Shown here: positions 9,554 through 19,154 of the stretch, in pieces
Layout: each line of letters starts with the position of its first letter
How positions within the stretch are numbered: position 1 is the stretch's first letter
Origin: an uncultured Clostridia bacterium
GTDB taxonomy: Bacteria > Bacillota > Clostridia > TANB77 > CAG-508
Assembly: GCA_944386175.1 (NCBI GenBank)
Contig: CALXAB010000001.1
Coordinates: 47,645-111,644, forward strand
Direction: 5' to 3'
Length of the DNA stretch: 64,000 nt
Program-made: the position numbers and the translations under genes
The notes under the pieces: generated by a model
The model's database searches: none
What the model saw: the letters and a program-made list of their open reading frames with translations, nothing else
Told to the model about the DNA's origin: nothing

Positions 9554-11368
9554 TTATTTTTTATTTATAACTACTCTATATATAATTCCTGTGTCTGTAT
9601 CTTTTTCAAATTCTATTCTATAATAACTTTCTGGTTCTATTGAACTTTTTATAAATACTATATTTTGATCTGTTACTTCATATTCTGTACCATCAAAATT
9701 TATCTCTTTTATTTTTTGAGTTCCTTCTTCTTCATTATTTGTTTGAATTACTGTCAATAACCCTCTTGTTGTTGTTCCCATAGAGTTTGTACTTTGATAT
9801 GGTTCAAATTTAGCATTAAATGCTGATATCTCTATTCCTTCTAATTCTGATATAGAACTTTCTGCTATACTATTTGCAGAATTTAAGATTGACATAGTTG
9901 GGATAAATTTTAGTAATGGATTTTCTGTCTCACTAAGTCCTAATTCTTCCATTTGCTCTTTGTTTACTTGTGTAATCCTTTCTATTATTGAACTCATTAA
10001 ATTATCTACTTGTGATTGGTCATATTCACTTAATATTATCGCATTTCTGTTTGTCAATTCTTCTATATTGGCTGTTTCTACAAAATTTACTTTATTATTT
10101 AACTGATATTTATATGCTATTTTTTGTGTTTCTTCATTATCATTTTCACTAATGTTTGTGTTATTACTTTCAATTTCGCTACTTTCAGATCCATTTTCTA
10201 TATTTGTATCTTCTTCATTAGAAGTATTAGTATTTTCAAGTTCTGCATTTATATCCTCTTCGCTATTTAATTCATTATCTGTTGATTCATTCTCATCTTG
10301 ATATGATGTTTCTATATTTTTAGTTTTTGAATTCATAATATTTAATTCTAAAGTGTAAGTCTCTTCAATATTTTGTAATGAATTTAGTCCTTTATATTCC
10401 ATAGTAAAAACTATATTCTCATTATCTTCTATATTTGCTAAAGTTATTGAATATTTTAAATTTTCATCATCACTATTTTTTTCTATAATAAATGAGTTAT
10501 CATTATCTTTTATTTCAATCTTAGATAAACTATTATTGCTTGTATATAAAATAATATCAATACTATCATTTTGGTTGTTTGTATCCTCATTAAGCTCTAC
10601 AATAATATTATCTATATCAGCTGATGTAAGATTTGTAGAAAACATTTCATTTATATTACTTAATAATTGTTGATCATTTTTCAAATTTTCTAATAAAACA
10701 ATTTCTAAATCATTTAATTCTTGGTATGTTAAAGTCAATTTGTATCCATTATCAACTTTTGAAAATTTATCATCTGATAATCTCGAATTTATTATTTCAA
10801 TATATTTATCTAACTCAACTTTTAGTTGTTCTTTGTTAATAGTTTTTGATAATTCTAAATTCCCAATATTATTTGATAAATTACCTTGTACTTGTATATC
10901 TGATATATTTTCAGCTATATATTTACTTCCAATATATTTTGTTTGCACTCCCATAGTATCTGATAATTTTCTTACTGTAAGAGGGAAAACAACATCTGGA
11001 GAATAATTTATATTTATATTTTGTTCAAAATTTTTATTTTTTAAATCTAATATACCATCAAAAGATATGTTCATTTGATTTAATATTTCATATTCACTTT
11101 GATTTGCTTCATTTGTTACATTACACGTTAAATCTCCACTATTTTCATATGGTTCACTTATTATCTTATTATAATATTCTATTATATCATTCGAAATAAA
11201 TCCCTTTTTTTCATCTATTATTTGTGAAGCATACTCAAAAAATATTTGTTTTTTACTTCTAATTAAATCTGTTGCAAAATACATATATGCAACACCTGAT
11301 AAAATTAATATTAATAGTGTAACTATTATTAAAATTATCACTATTTTTTTGCTTTTGTTTGATTTCAT
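9554..11368 (-). CDS. membrane-anchored protein of unknown function with an Asn/Glu-rich low-complexity segment
   Basis: ORF 9554-11422. GGAGG RBS before MKSNKSKKIVIILIIVTLL (start at 11368). One TM helix. I recognised no domain. Confidence 0.6.
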   Translation of the reverse strand: MKSNKSKKIVIILIIVTLLILILSGVAYMYFATDLIRSKKQIFFEYASQIIDEKKGFISNDIIEYYNKIISEPYENSGDLTCNVTNEANQSEYEILNQMNISFDGILDLKNKNFEQNININYSPDVVFPLTVRKLSDTMGVQTKYIGSKYIAENISDIQVQGNLSNNIGNLELSKTINKEQLKVELDKYIEIINSRLSDDKFSKVDNGYKLTLTYQELNDLEIVLLENLKNDQQLLSNINEMFSTNLTSADIDNIIVELNEDTNNQNDSIDIILYTSNNSLSKIEIKDNDNSFIIEKNSDDENLKYSITLANIEDNENIVFTMEYKGLNSLQNIEETYTLELNIMNSKTKNIETSYQDENESTDNELNSEEDINAELENTNTSNEEDTNIENGSESSEIESNNTNISENDNEETQKIAYKYQLNNKVNFVETANIEELTNRNAIILSEYDQSQVDNLMSSIIERITQVNKEQMEELGLSETENPLLKFIPTMSILNSANSIAESSISELEGIEISAFNAKFEPYQSTNSMGTTTRGLLTVIQTNNEEEGTQKIKEINFDGTEYEVTDQNIVFIKSSIEPESYYRIEFEKDTDTGIIYRVVINKK

Positions 11369-11409
11369 AAAAAACCTCCATTGGAACAACTTATTATATT
11401 TTGATAATT

Positions 11410-12129
11410 TTATTCTTCCCAATTATGATAAATGTTAGCAACATCATCTAAGTCTTCTAATCTTTCAATTAGTCTTTCCATTTTTTCTACACCTTTTTCA
11501 TCAAGAGTAACTGTTGTTGTTGGCACCATTTGAACTTCTGCTTCCAAAAATTTCAATCCTGATTCTTCTAGTTTTTCACGGACAGATGTAAAATCTGATG
11601 GATCTGTTGTAATTTCATATATTTCTTCTGATGTTTGAAAATCTTCTGCCCCTGCATCTAATGCTAACATCATTAATTCCTCTTCATCCATTGAAGTTTC
11701 TGCTTTTTCTATTATTATAACTCCTTTTTTGTTAAACATATATGATACACAACCTGTTGTTCCTAAATTTCCTCCTGATTTGTCAAATGCATGTCTTACA
11801 TCTGCTGCTGTTCTGTTTTTATTGTCTGTTGCTGCTTCTACAATAACTGCTACACCATTTGGTCCATATCCTTCATATGTAATTTCTTCATAGTTTTCGT
11901 TACTTGTTGATGCTTTTTTTATTGCATTATTTATTGTGTCATTTGGCATATTTGCTGCTTTACATTTTGCAATTACATTTTTTAATTTTGAGTTTCCTGC
12001 TGGGTCTGGTCCTCCTTCTTTTACTGCTATTAATAATTCTCTTCCTAGTTTTGTGAATATTTTTCCTCTTGCTGCATCTGCTTTTCCTTTTTTGGCTTGT
12101 ATGTTGTGCCATTTTGAGTGACCACTCAT
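11410..12129 (-). CDS. yebC: YebC/PmpR family DNA-binding transcriptional regulator
   Basis: [31 protein letters not shown] is the canonical YebC N-terminus. 239 aa. Confidence 0.9.
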   Translation of the reverse strand: MSGHSKWHNIQAKKGKADAARGKIFTKLGRELLIAVKEGGPDPAGNSKLKNVIAKCKAANMPNDTINNAIKKASTSNENYEEITYEGYGPNGVAVIVEAATDNKNRTAADVRHAFDKSGGNLGTTGCVSYMFNKKGVIIIEKAETSMDEEELMMLALDAGAEDFQTSEEIYEITTDPSDFTSVREKLEESGLKFLEAEVQMVPTTTVTLDEKGVEKMERLIERLEDLDDVANIYHNWEE

Positions 12130-12310
12130 TTTATTTCCTCCTTCATTTTTCTTTTATTATTAATATCTATTTTTTAGATTAAATAAACTTTCTAGGTTAT
12201 TCTATCATATTTTTTTAGTTTTGTGTAGTATTTTTTTATATTTTTACATTTACGCAGTTAATTTGCATGTTATTATTTTATTATTTAAATTGTAATTTAT
12301 CTCCTACCTA

Positions 12311-12430
12311 TTAAATGAAATGCAAAACAATAGGAATAAGCAGAATTAAAATTACACCTACTGCACATATAGCAATCACTTTTTGAAAACTTCGTTTTTG
12401 TTGTTCACTCATATTATTATACCATTTCAT
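12311..12430 (-). CDS. 39-aa small membrane protein
   Basis: GGAGG lies 10 nt upstream of the ATG. MKWYNNMSEQQKRSFQKVIAICAVGVILILLIPIVLHFI has one TM helix. Below the ORF-track size cut-off. Confidence 0.45.
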   Translation of the reverse strand: MKWYNNMSEQQKRSFQKVIAICAVGVILILLIPIVLHFI

Positions 12431-12488
12431 ACACTATTACCTCCTAATAAATCAAACAAAAAATTACTATTTTTGTTTAACTATTGCC

Positions 12489-12692
12489 TCATCTTTTTAC
12501 TAATTTCTTTACTTCTTCAAACTTTCCAAATCCCACGTCACCTAAATGATATACCGTATCTGTATTCTTAACGACGGAATTCCATCTTTCAATTATACAT
12601 TTGTTCATTTCTTCAATATTTTTAAATGGTCTATTACAGTATTTAATTATATTTGTATGATTAAAATGTGTATCAGCTATAAAATATATCAT
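12489..12692 (-). pseudogene. 5' remnant of a metallophosphoesterase gene
   Basis: [12 protein letters not shown] and YHLGDVGFG are the first two phosphoesterase motifs. The ORF stops after 67 aa and no GNHD/GH motifs follow in any frame. Confidence 0.6.
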
Positions 12693-12709
12693 ACACTCTC
12701 CCTTTCTGC

Positions 12710-13564
12710 TTAAACAGTTGAAACTTCTATATCTAAACTTGAAATAAATTCTTTTAGTTCTTTTATTATTTCTTCAAACTTAATATCATTTGCATATTTA
12801 TTCTTTTTAGCATATCCATTCCATAAACTTACAATTCTATCATATGAAGATATATTATCTAAAATCTGTTCATAATCCTTTAAATATCCAAGCGATTCTC
12901 TTTTATCAAATGTATTTTTTATTGATAGTTTTAAATTCTTAATATCAATATTATCTTTAAATTTGCTTAAAAACATATGTACATCATAGTAATCCTTCAT
13001 TCTGCTATTATACTATCCTCTTCTTAAAATGGTTTCAATTTTTTCAGATATGATTGTTTCAGCGTTATATGTATAAATTAATATCTTTTTATTTTCAAAT
13101 AATGATGGATAACTATACTCCAACTCTTTTGGTACAACTTTATCTCCTGTAGAAATATCAATATCTAAATTAATTTTAACATTTTCTAATTTTCCAATTA
13201 AATGATATTTATTTCCACCATATTCATCATCTTCTCTTATATCAGTTATATCAATTAATTCAAACTTCACTCCATCTTTTAAATCAATATTTAATATTTC
13301 GTTTAAAACTTTTGCCATCTGTTCTTTAGAAATATCTAAACCCTTGATTGTTGTATCCATATCTCTTGTAGTTCTATTATTGATTCCAAATAGTGCTGAT
13401 AACAGTAAACCACCTTTTAATATAAAATTTTCTTGATATTTTGAAAGTGAAATTCTTTCTAAGATTCTTTCAAACATAAATCTTTGTAACAATTCATAAT
13501 GATTTAGTTGGTATTTTTTCTCTAGTTCCTTTGATTTTTGTTTAAGTTCTTTATATTTTATCAC
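12710..13564 (-). pseudogene. AbiEii/AbiGii-family nucleotidyltransferase toxin interrupted by one in-frame TAG
   Basis: ORFs 13013-13564 and 12710-13000 are in the same frame, separated only by the TAG at 13013-13015. Together they are collinear with the intact 281-aa paralog at 53266-54111. Confidence 0.8.
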
Positions 13565-14141
13565 TCATCAAAACCTCCATTATAATAGTTAATTTCTCAT
13601 ATACATTAAATATTTTAGCATATTCATCTAATAGTTTTAAATTTTTATCCTTTAAATTAAAATAACTTTTCAAAATTTTATTATATAATTCTATATCGTA
13701 CTCATCTTGTTTTTTTAGCATATCACATATACATCTTTCTAAATTATATACAATTATAGGATTACCATATGGACTTGTTATAGTAATTTTACCTATATTT
13801 AACTTTTCTTTAGATACATAGTGAATTTTTACATTTTCTCTAATTCTTTTATGAGAATATGTAGTAACATCAAGTTCATATGGTACTCTTTCACTAATTC
13901 CCAGCAAGTGAAACGCAGTATTGTATGAATAAATAATATTGTTATAACGTTTTTGCAAAATATAGTATTCATCTTCAATTAATTTATTATCAATATATAA
14001 ACCTCTTGATACTCTTCTAATTATTCCTTTTTTAATTAATTCCGGAATATATATTCTTTGAATTCCGTTTTGCTCTATTTCACTAGATGTTATATAACCA
14101 TTATTTCTTTTTAAAAATTTTTCTATTTTTTTTATATTCAT
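13551..14141 (-). CDS. AbiEi-family type IV antitoxin / transcriptional regulator
   Basis: Overlaps the AbiEii start. Paralog of 54108-54701 (GYITSSEIEQNGIQRIYIPELIKKGIIRRVSRGLY). GGAGG precedes the ATG at 14141. Confidence 0.75.
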   Translation of the reverse strand: MNIKKIEKFLKRNNGYITSSEIEQNGIQRIYIPELIKKGIIRRVSRGLYIDNKLIEDEYYILQKRYNNIIYSYNTAFHLLGISERVPYELDVTTYSHKRIRENVKIHYVSKEKLNIGKITITSPYGNPIIVYNLERCICDMLKKQDEYDIELYNKILKSYFNLKDKNLKLLDEYAKIFNVYEKLTIIMEVLMSDKI

Positions 14142-14152
14142 ATTAACCTCCA

Positions 14153-14196
14153 TTACAAACGTACTACCATTTTATCATATTGTTGTACGTTTGTAA
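14153..14196. promoter_or_regulatory. inverted repeat upstream of abiEi (candidate autoregulatory operator)
   Basis: TTACAAACGTAC (14153-14164) and GTACGTTTGTAA (14185-14196): perfect 12-bp arms with a 20-nt spacer, 12 nt upstream of the start codon. Confidence 0.5.
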
Positions 14197-15049
14197 ATGT
14201 TATACTTGAAATTTATTAAATTTCTTATTAACCAATATAGTTTATAGTGTATTTTTACACCATATCATATCATTTTGAATAACAATACATTTTATATCAA
14301 TAATTTACTTGTTTCAATTTTACTTATTTCTTTGTTATAAACTTACTTTGAAATTTACAAACATTTACATTTTTTAGCAAAAAAATATAGCCAATAGTGG
14401 AATATTTTTATTCCACTATTGACTACTTTTTTATCTATTTTTTTCATTTGTGTAGTATTTTTACAAATATTTTTTGTATTTTACTTATGTGAGTTGTACA
14501 TTTTTTATTGTTTAAATTTATTTATAATCTTAATCTCATTGATCTTTCAAAAAACATTATTAATTGTACAAAAAGCTTTGAATGAAAAAAATTCAACCTA
14601 CTTTTTTGTTACCTATATTAAATATATTTTTTTATAAAAGCCATAAAATAAATTTTATTTATAAATTCATTTTATAGCTTAATTCTAATCAATTTGCTCT
14701 AAATTAATTAATTCATTTTCTTTAAATGTTAATTTTAGTAAACATGGTGATTTTATATTTAGTATTTTTTCATTTTATAAACAAGTGTAAATGTTAAAAT
14801 AAGATTTTTAGTTTATCAAAAACATAGGAAATGGAGAAACCACAAAGTGGTTTGTCTATTGAAATATGAAAAATACATCTACAACAGTCAAATTACAGAG
14901 GTGTTTTTCTTTTGTTGGTTATTTTTGTTTGCTAATATTATTACTAATGCAATAATTAAGGCAAACGTAATGATAGTTAACCCTATTAATGAATAATATA
15001 GTTTGTATAGCACCTAAAATAATTCCAAGTTCTGTTAGAGTTCTTGATA

Positions 15050-15868
15050 TTATTCACTTATTGTATATCCCGTAGTATCTGGTTTCGTAATATCTGTATC
15101 TTTAACCACACCAAATTCATATTTATAATCTGTTGTTCTATTATTTTGATTATCTATCATCTTTATTGCTAATCCAGTATCTACATCAATAAATTTTTCT
15201 GTATTGCCATCTCTTATTAAATAACATTCTTTTCTATTAAGTTCTATTTTATCTATACTTGTTGTAATTGCCATAAATAAGTTTTCGAATATATTTTGAC
15301 CAGTAAAGTAAACAGGATTAATGGTTATATCCGTTGAATTATTCAAAGTTTTTGTTGTCCCATTATCTATTAATGCTATTTTTTCTGTTTCCGACTTATA
15401 TAATATTATGTTAATAGTATCGTTTACTTCTGAAAATATACTCATTTTTCCCAAAGTTACGCCATTCTTATTAAATGATTCTAAAATACTCATTTGCCCA
15501 TTAGAATATGTTTCTGTTTTGGTATGATAATTTGTTTGATTTTTCATATCATTTGCTCGGTTTGATAAATTCATAAGTATCATTGTTTTTCTTCCTACTA
15601 CTATAATGAATAATATAACTACAATTAGTAAAATATTTCTTAAAAGTTTAAGTTTTCTGTTAAATTTTTTAATATATTTAACTTCTCTATTATCTCTTTT
15701 TGAACTATTTAGTTTTAAATCCTTTTGCATATTTTCAAATATGTTTTTACATTCTGTACATTCATTTAAATGTTCTTCAATGTATTTGTTTGTTTCTTCA
15801 TTTGTAAGTTTTTCTATATAATTTGGCAATAAATCTTGGATAATTTTACAATCTTTTTTTTCTTTCAT
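15050..15868 (-). CDS. anti-sigma factor (zf-HC2 type) with one TM and an extracytoplasmic domain
   Basis: HLNECTECKNIFENM zinc-finger motif and TM LLRNILLIVVILFIIVVG. Start overlaps the stop of the upstream sigma-factor gene (translational coupling). Confidence 0.7.
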   Translation of the reverse strand: MKEKKDCKIIQDLLPNYIEKLTNEETNKYIEEHLNECTECKNIFENMQKDLKLNSSKRDNREVKYIKKFNRKLKLLRNILLIVVILFIIVVGRKTMILMNLSNRANDMKNQTNYHTKTETYSNGQMSILESFNKNGVTLGKMSIFSEVNDTINIILYKSETEKIALIDNGTTKTLNNSTDITINPVYFTGQNIFENLFMAITTSIDKIELNRKECYLIRDGNTEKFIDVDTGLAIKMIDNQNNRTTDYKYEFGVVKDTDITKPDTTGYTISE

Positions 15869-15869
15869 A

Positions 15870-16349
15870 CTAATCAACCTCCTTTAATTGATTTTTTCCA
15901 CGATAAAATGTTACTCTAGCCCAGTTTTCTGTTTTATTCAAAATAATTCCTATCTCTTTAAAACTTAGTTCTCCAGTTATCCTTAGATACATTACTTCTC
16001 TTGTTTTATCATCTAAAGTTTGCATTTTTTTATATAATGAAATTTTTTCATCATTTGCAATAACTTGTTCTTCTACTGTATCTAATGCTTGTACATTTAT
16101 TAAATATTTCTCTTCTGTATTTATAACTTTTTTATTCTTTCTGCATTCATCATACCATAGATTTTTAGCTATCTGACATAACCATACTGCCATTTTACAT
16201 TCGCCTTTGTATGTATTTATTTTCTTTACAGCTTTATAAAAAGTTTCTTGCGTAAGTTCTTCAGAGATATCATTATTATGACTTAAACAGAATAGATATT
16301 TGTTTACTATTTCAAAATACTCTTCGTATATTTTTTCGATATCCTGCAT
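15870..16349 (-). CDS. ECF-type RNA polymerase sigma-70 family factor
   Basis: Region 2 (ELTQETFYKAVKKINTY) and region 4 HTH (LSFKEIGIILNKTENWARVTFYRGKNQLKE). AAGGGGGA RBS before MQDIEKIY. Confidence 0.8.
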   Translation of the reverse strand: MQDIEKIYEEYFEIVNKYLFCLSHNNDISEELTQETFYKAVKKINTYKGECKMAVWLCQIAKNLWYDECRKNKKVINTEEKYLINVQALDTVEEQVIANDEKISLYKKMQTLDDKTREVMYLRITGELSFKEIGIILNKTENWARVTFYRGKNQLKEVD

Positions 16350-16649
16350 AACTTTTGTCCCCCTTATATATGACGTATAAAAATTCGATTCGTTACAAAG
16401 TTTGTTAAATTTTTTCATTTTTTTATTCTATTATATCAAAAATAGCAGATTTTTGTACTTAAAATGAAATCTCCTTATTAAACTTTTTTGTCTAATAATT
16501 TGAGTTCACTTCATTTTTTTCTGCTATTAATTAGAACTATAAATTATTATTTTGTAATTACAATATGTTGACTATTTAAACACATTTTATAACTAGTTAA
16601 GCTTACTAAATGGCTAATTTTGTATTTATTATTATATGTTTTATCTTTA

Positions 16650-17352
16650 TCACAACTCCATTTCTTGACTATCTAATATTTTTGTACATTTTTCTCTTTC
16701 TTTTTTTATTCCTTCTTGTATTGATGTTTTTATCAATGCTTTTAAATGTTCTGGTTCTGGATAATCTTTCTTATCTAAGGCTGCAAGAACAAACTTGTCT
16801 CTTATACTAAACCTTGTTATTTTTCCTTGTTCATTAGTAACTCTTAAAAGTTGATCTAATAAAATTCCAATATCCATAGGAAAACCATGCTCTCTTGAAT
16901 ATCTCTCAGCAAAAGCAAGTGTTGTTCGTGTATTACCATCTCTAAAAGGATGTACTCTCCACATTTTTACAATATTGTCTGTAAATTCTGCTGTTACTTC
17001 ATCAATATTTTTACCTGACCAATTAGAATTATTCAGTACAGTAAGAACTTTATCTAACTCTCCGCTCAATATTTTGTGGTTCAGAATATTCTAAGCTTAG
17101 ACCTGGAATAACTACTTCTTCTTTGTATATAGGAACTGTTCTAAACTCTCCTGCCCATTCAAATATATCTTCAAAAATATGTTTATGGAGTCTTTTTATA
17201 TAATCAATATCATATTTTTACTTAAATTCTTCTCCTACATCTATTAATTTTACAAAACCTATATCTTTTTCAGCACTATTTAACTCATCATATTCTTTAA
17301 TTCCTAGTTTATTTTTTAGAGTTCCGTTATCTTGAATATATGGATCTTTCAT
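16650..17352 (-). pseudogene. Fic/DOC family protein, disrupted by a nonsense codon plus a frameshift
   Basis: The N-terminal part MKDPYIQDNGTLKNKLGIKEYDEL starts at 17352. In-frame TAA at 17218-17220. The Fic motif HPFRDGNTRTT lies in ORF 16650-17069, which is in a different frame. Confidence 0.8.
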
Positions 17353-17398
17353 ATTTTATTACATTCCCCCATTAACAAAATTATAATTTAAAATCATC

Positions 17399-17596
17399 TT
17401 ATTTGTTCTTATTATATCTATTAATTACTCTTTCTTGCAATTCCTTTAGTTCTATTTCTCCTTTTATATATTGTTTAGCTAAAGCGATTGTTTCGTCTGT
17501 AGGTATATCCGCACCTGACATTGAAATACCTAAAGCTTTTTTTAATAGTTCTTTTCTCTCTTCAACACTTGTTTCATTAACTTTATAACTACTCAT
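17399..17596 (-). CDS. small VbhA-like Fic-associated antitoxin candidate
   Basis: 65 aa, directly upstream of the Fic pseudogene. GISMSGADIPTDETIALAKQYIKGEIELKELQERVI resembles the VbhA-family layout. Confidence 0.45.
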   Translation of the reverse strand: MSSYKVNETSVEERKELLKKALGISMSGADIPTDETIALAKQYIKGEIELKELQERVINRYNKNK

Positions 17597-17736
17597 ATTA
17601 ACTTTCCTTTCTCTTTCGGATATATTTTATCACATTTTATTTATTTTGTGTAGTATTTTTTCTATCTATGGTCTTACATATATTGTGCATATGTAAATCT
17701 ATCATTATCAATATTCATTATCTTTTACTTTTCTAA

Positions 17737-18819
17737 TTATTTTTCTACTCCTAACAAAAAATCATCAAATAATTTTTCTATGTATTCGGAAGGAATATCT
17801 TTATCCTGATTTTCTTTTTTATTTTTTAGCATAGTTATCAAATCATTCTCATTTAATGTTAATATTAATTGCCCCTGGTCTCTTAAAATTCCTTTGCATA
17901 TGCTTTTAGCATTTTTATTAATTCCTTCCCTACTTATCACTATTGCAACTGTTCGTAATGTATTTTTATTTAAATATTTATTTGTAGTCTCAATTTGGTC
18001 CTGTGTAATTTTACTATTGTAATTTTTAAATTCAAATATAATATATCTAGATTTATATATTTCATACAACATTTTCCAAAATCCATCTTGCTGTTTTACT
18101 TTTCCTAATAAATCTATTCTATGCAAATTATTATCACAATTTATCTGTGATTTCCAACCATATATATAATCTCCAAATAGATATTTTAATACTTTTTCTC
18201 CTATTTTTTCAAATTCTTTTGAGCCTTCTTTTCCTTTTTTTATATTCTTTATCTCATTTATATATTTGTCTTCTATGTTTATACATTTCTCTTTTTCTGG
18301 ATTTTCTACATAGTTCATATATTTTTCTAAATCTATTTTTTGCGGAACATAATCTATAATTGAAAATGTTAACATATTCTTTAGCTGTTCCAGTAGATCT
18401 TGATTGTTCTTTATCAAGTACATAATATTAGCAATATCTATTATAATTATATTGTCTTTTTTATAATAATCCTTTTGTTGTTCATCAACACTTCCAAATA
18501 TAATAACAAATGAATACTTATTTAGTTTTTCTTTTGGATAAATTTCTCTATAACTTTTCAATTGGTTTATTGCACTAATAATAGTATTTTTTGAATTGTT
18601 CTTTACTTCTTTTATTTCTACTAATATATCAAGATTATTAGCACTTTTTAAAACAAAATCTATTATTTTATTTTTGATTCGCAATTCTTTTTTATATTCA
18701 ATACTTAAATATTGAAACATTTTTTCTATAAAATCATCTACTTGTTGAAAAAAGAAAACAAACATATTCATTCCTTCATCTCCTATCTCTATATATAGAT
18801 TATTTTTCGATATTTTCAT
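17737..18819 (-). CDS. hypothetical protein with two restriction-endonuclease-like (PD-(D/E)xK-like) segments
   Basis: IDFVLKS..NLDILVEIKEV in the N-terminal half and HRIDLLGKV...YIIFEFKNY in the C-terminal half resemble D...ExK nuclease cores. The call rests on motifs only. Confidence 0.4.
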   Translation of the reverse strand: MKISKNNLYIEIGDEGMNMFVFFFQQVDDFIEKMFQYLSIEYKKELRIKNKIIDFVLKSANNLDILVEIKEVKNNSKNTIISAINQLKSYREIYPKEKLNKYSFVIIFGSVDEQQKDYYKKDNIIIIDIANIMYLIKNNQDLLEQLKNMLTFSIIDYVPQKIDLEKYMNYVENPEKEKCINIEDKYINEIKNIKKGKEGSKEFEKIGEKVLKYLFGDYIYGWKSQINCDNNLHRIDLLGKVKQQDGFWKMLYEIYKSRYIIFEFKNYNSKITQDQIETTNKYLNKNTLRTVAIVISREGINKNAKSICKGILRDQGQLILTLNENDLITMLKNKKENQDKDIPSEYIEKLFDDFLLGVEK

Positions 18820-18858
18820 TTATCTTTTTTTAATTTATTAACAGCTTTAATAAATACA

Positions 18859-19046
18859 CTAAAAAACATACTCTAAAAATACTATTCCATCTAAATGATT
18901 ACATTCATGTTGCACTAATCTTGCAAAAAATCCATTTAATTGTTTTTGTATTTTTTCCCCATTCTTATTATAATAAGTTATTCTTCATCACATTTTTTGT
19001 TAAGAATAGGCTCTCCTACTTCTCTTACTTTTAAGACTTTTTCCAT
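18859..19046 (-). pseudogene. def: peptide deformylase remnant (internal deletion plus frameshift)
   Basis: The N-terminus MEKVLKVREVGEPILNKKCDEE is followed by a stop. Another frame gives FFARLVQHECNHLDGIVFLEYVF (the QHExDH motif). The central motifs are missing. Confidence 0.75.
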
Positions 19047-19154
19047 GTATATTTTCCTCTTTTAAAATAATATTTCTTTATAAATTTCTACTTGTTGTAG
19101 TATAAACTAATATTACATTTAATTTTTTCATTTATAATCTTCTCCAAAATTTTT

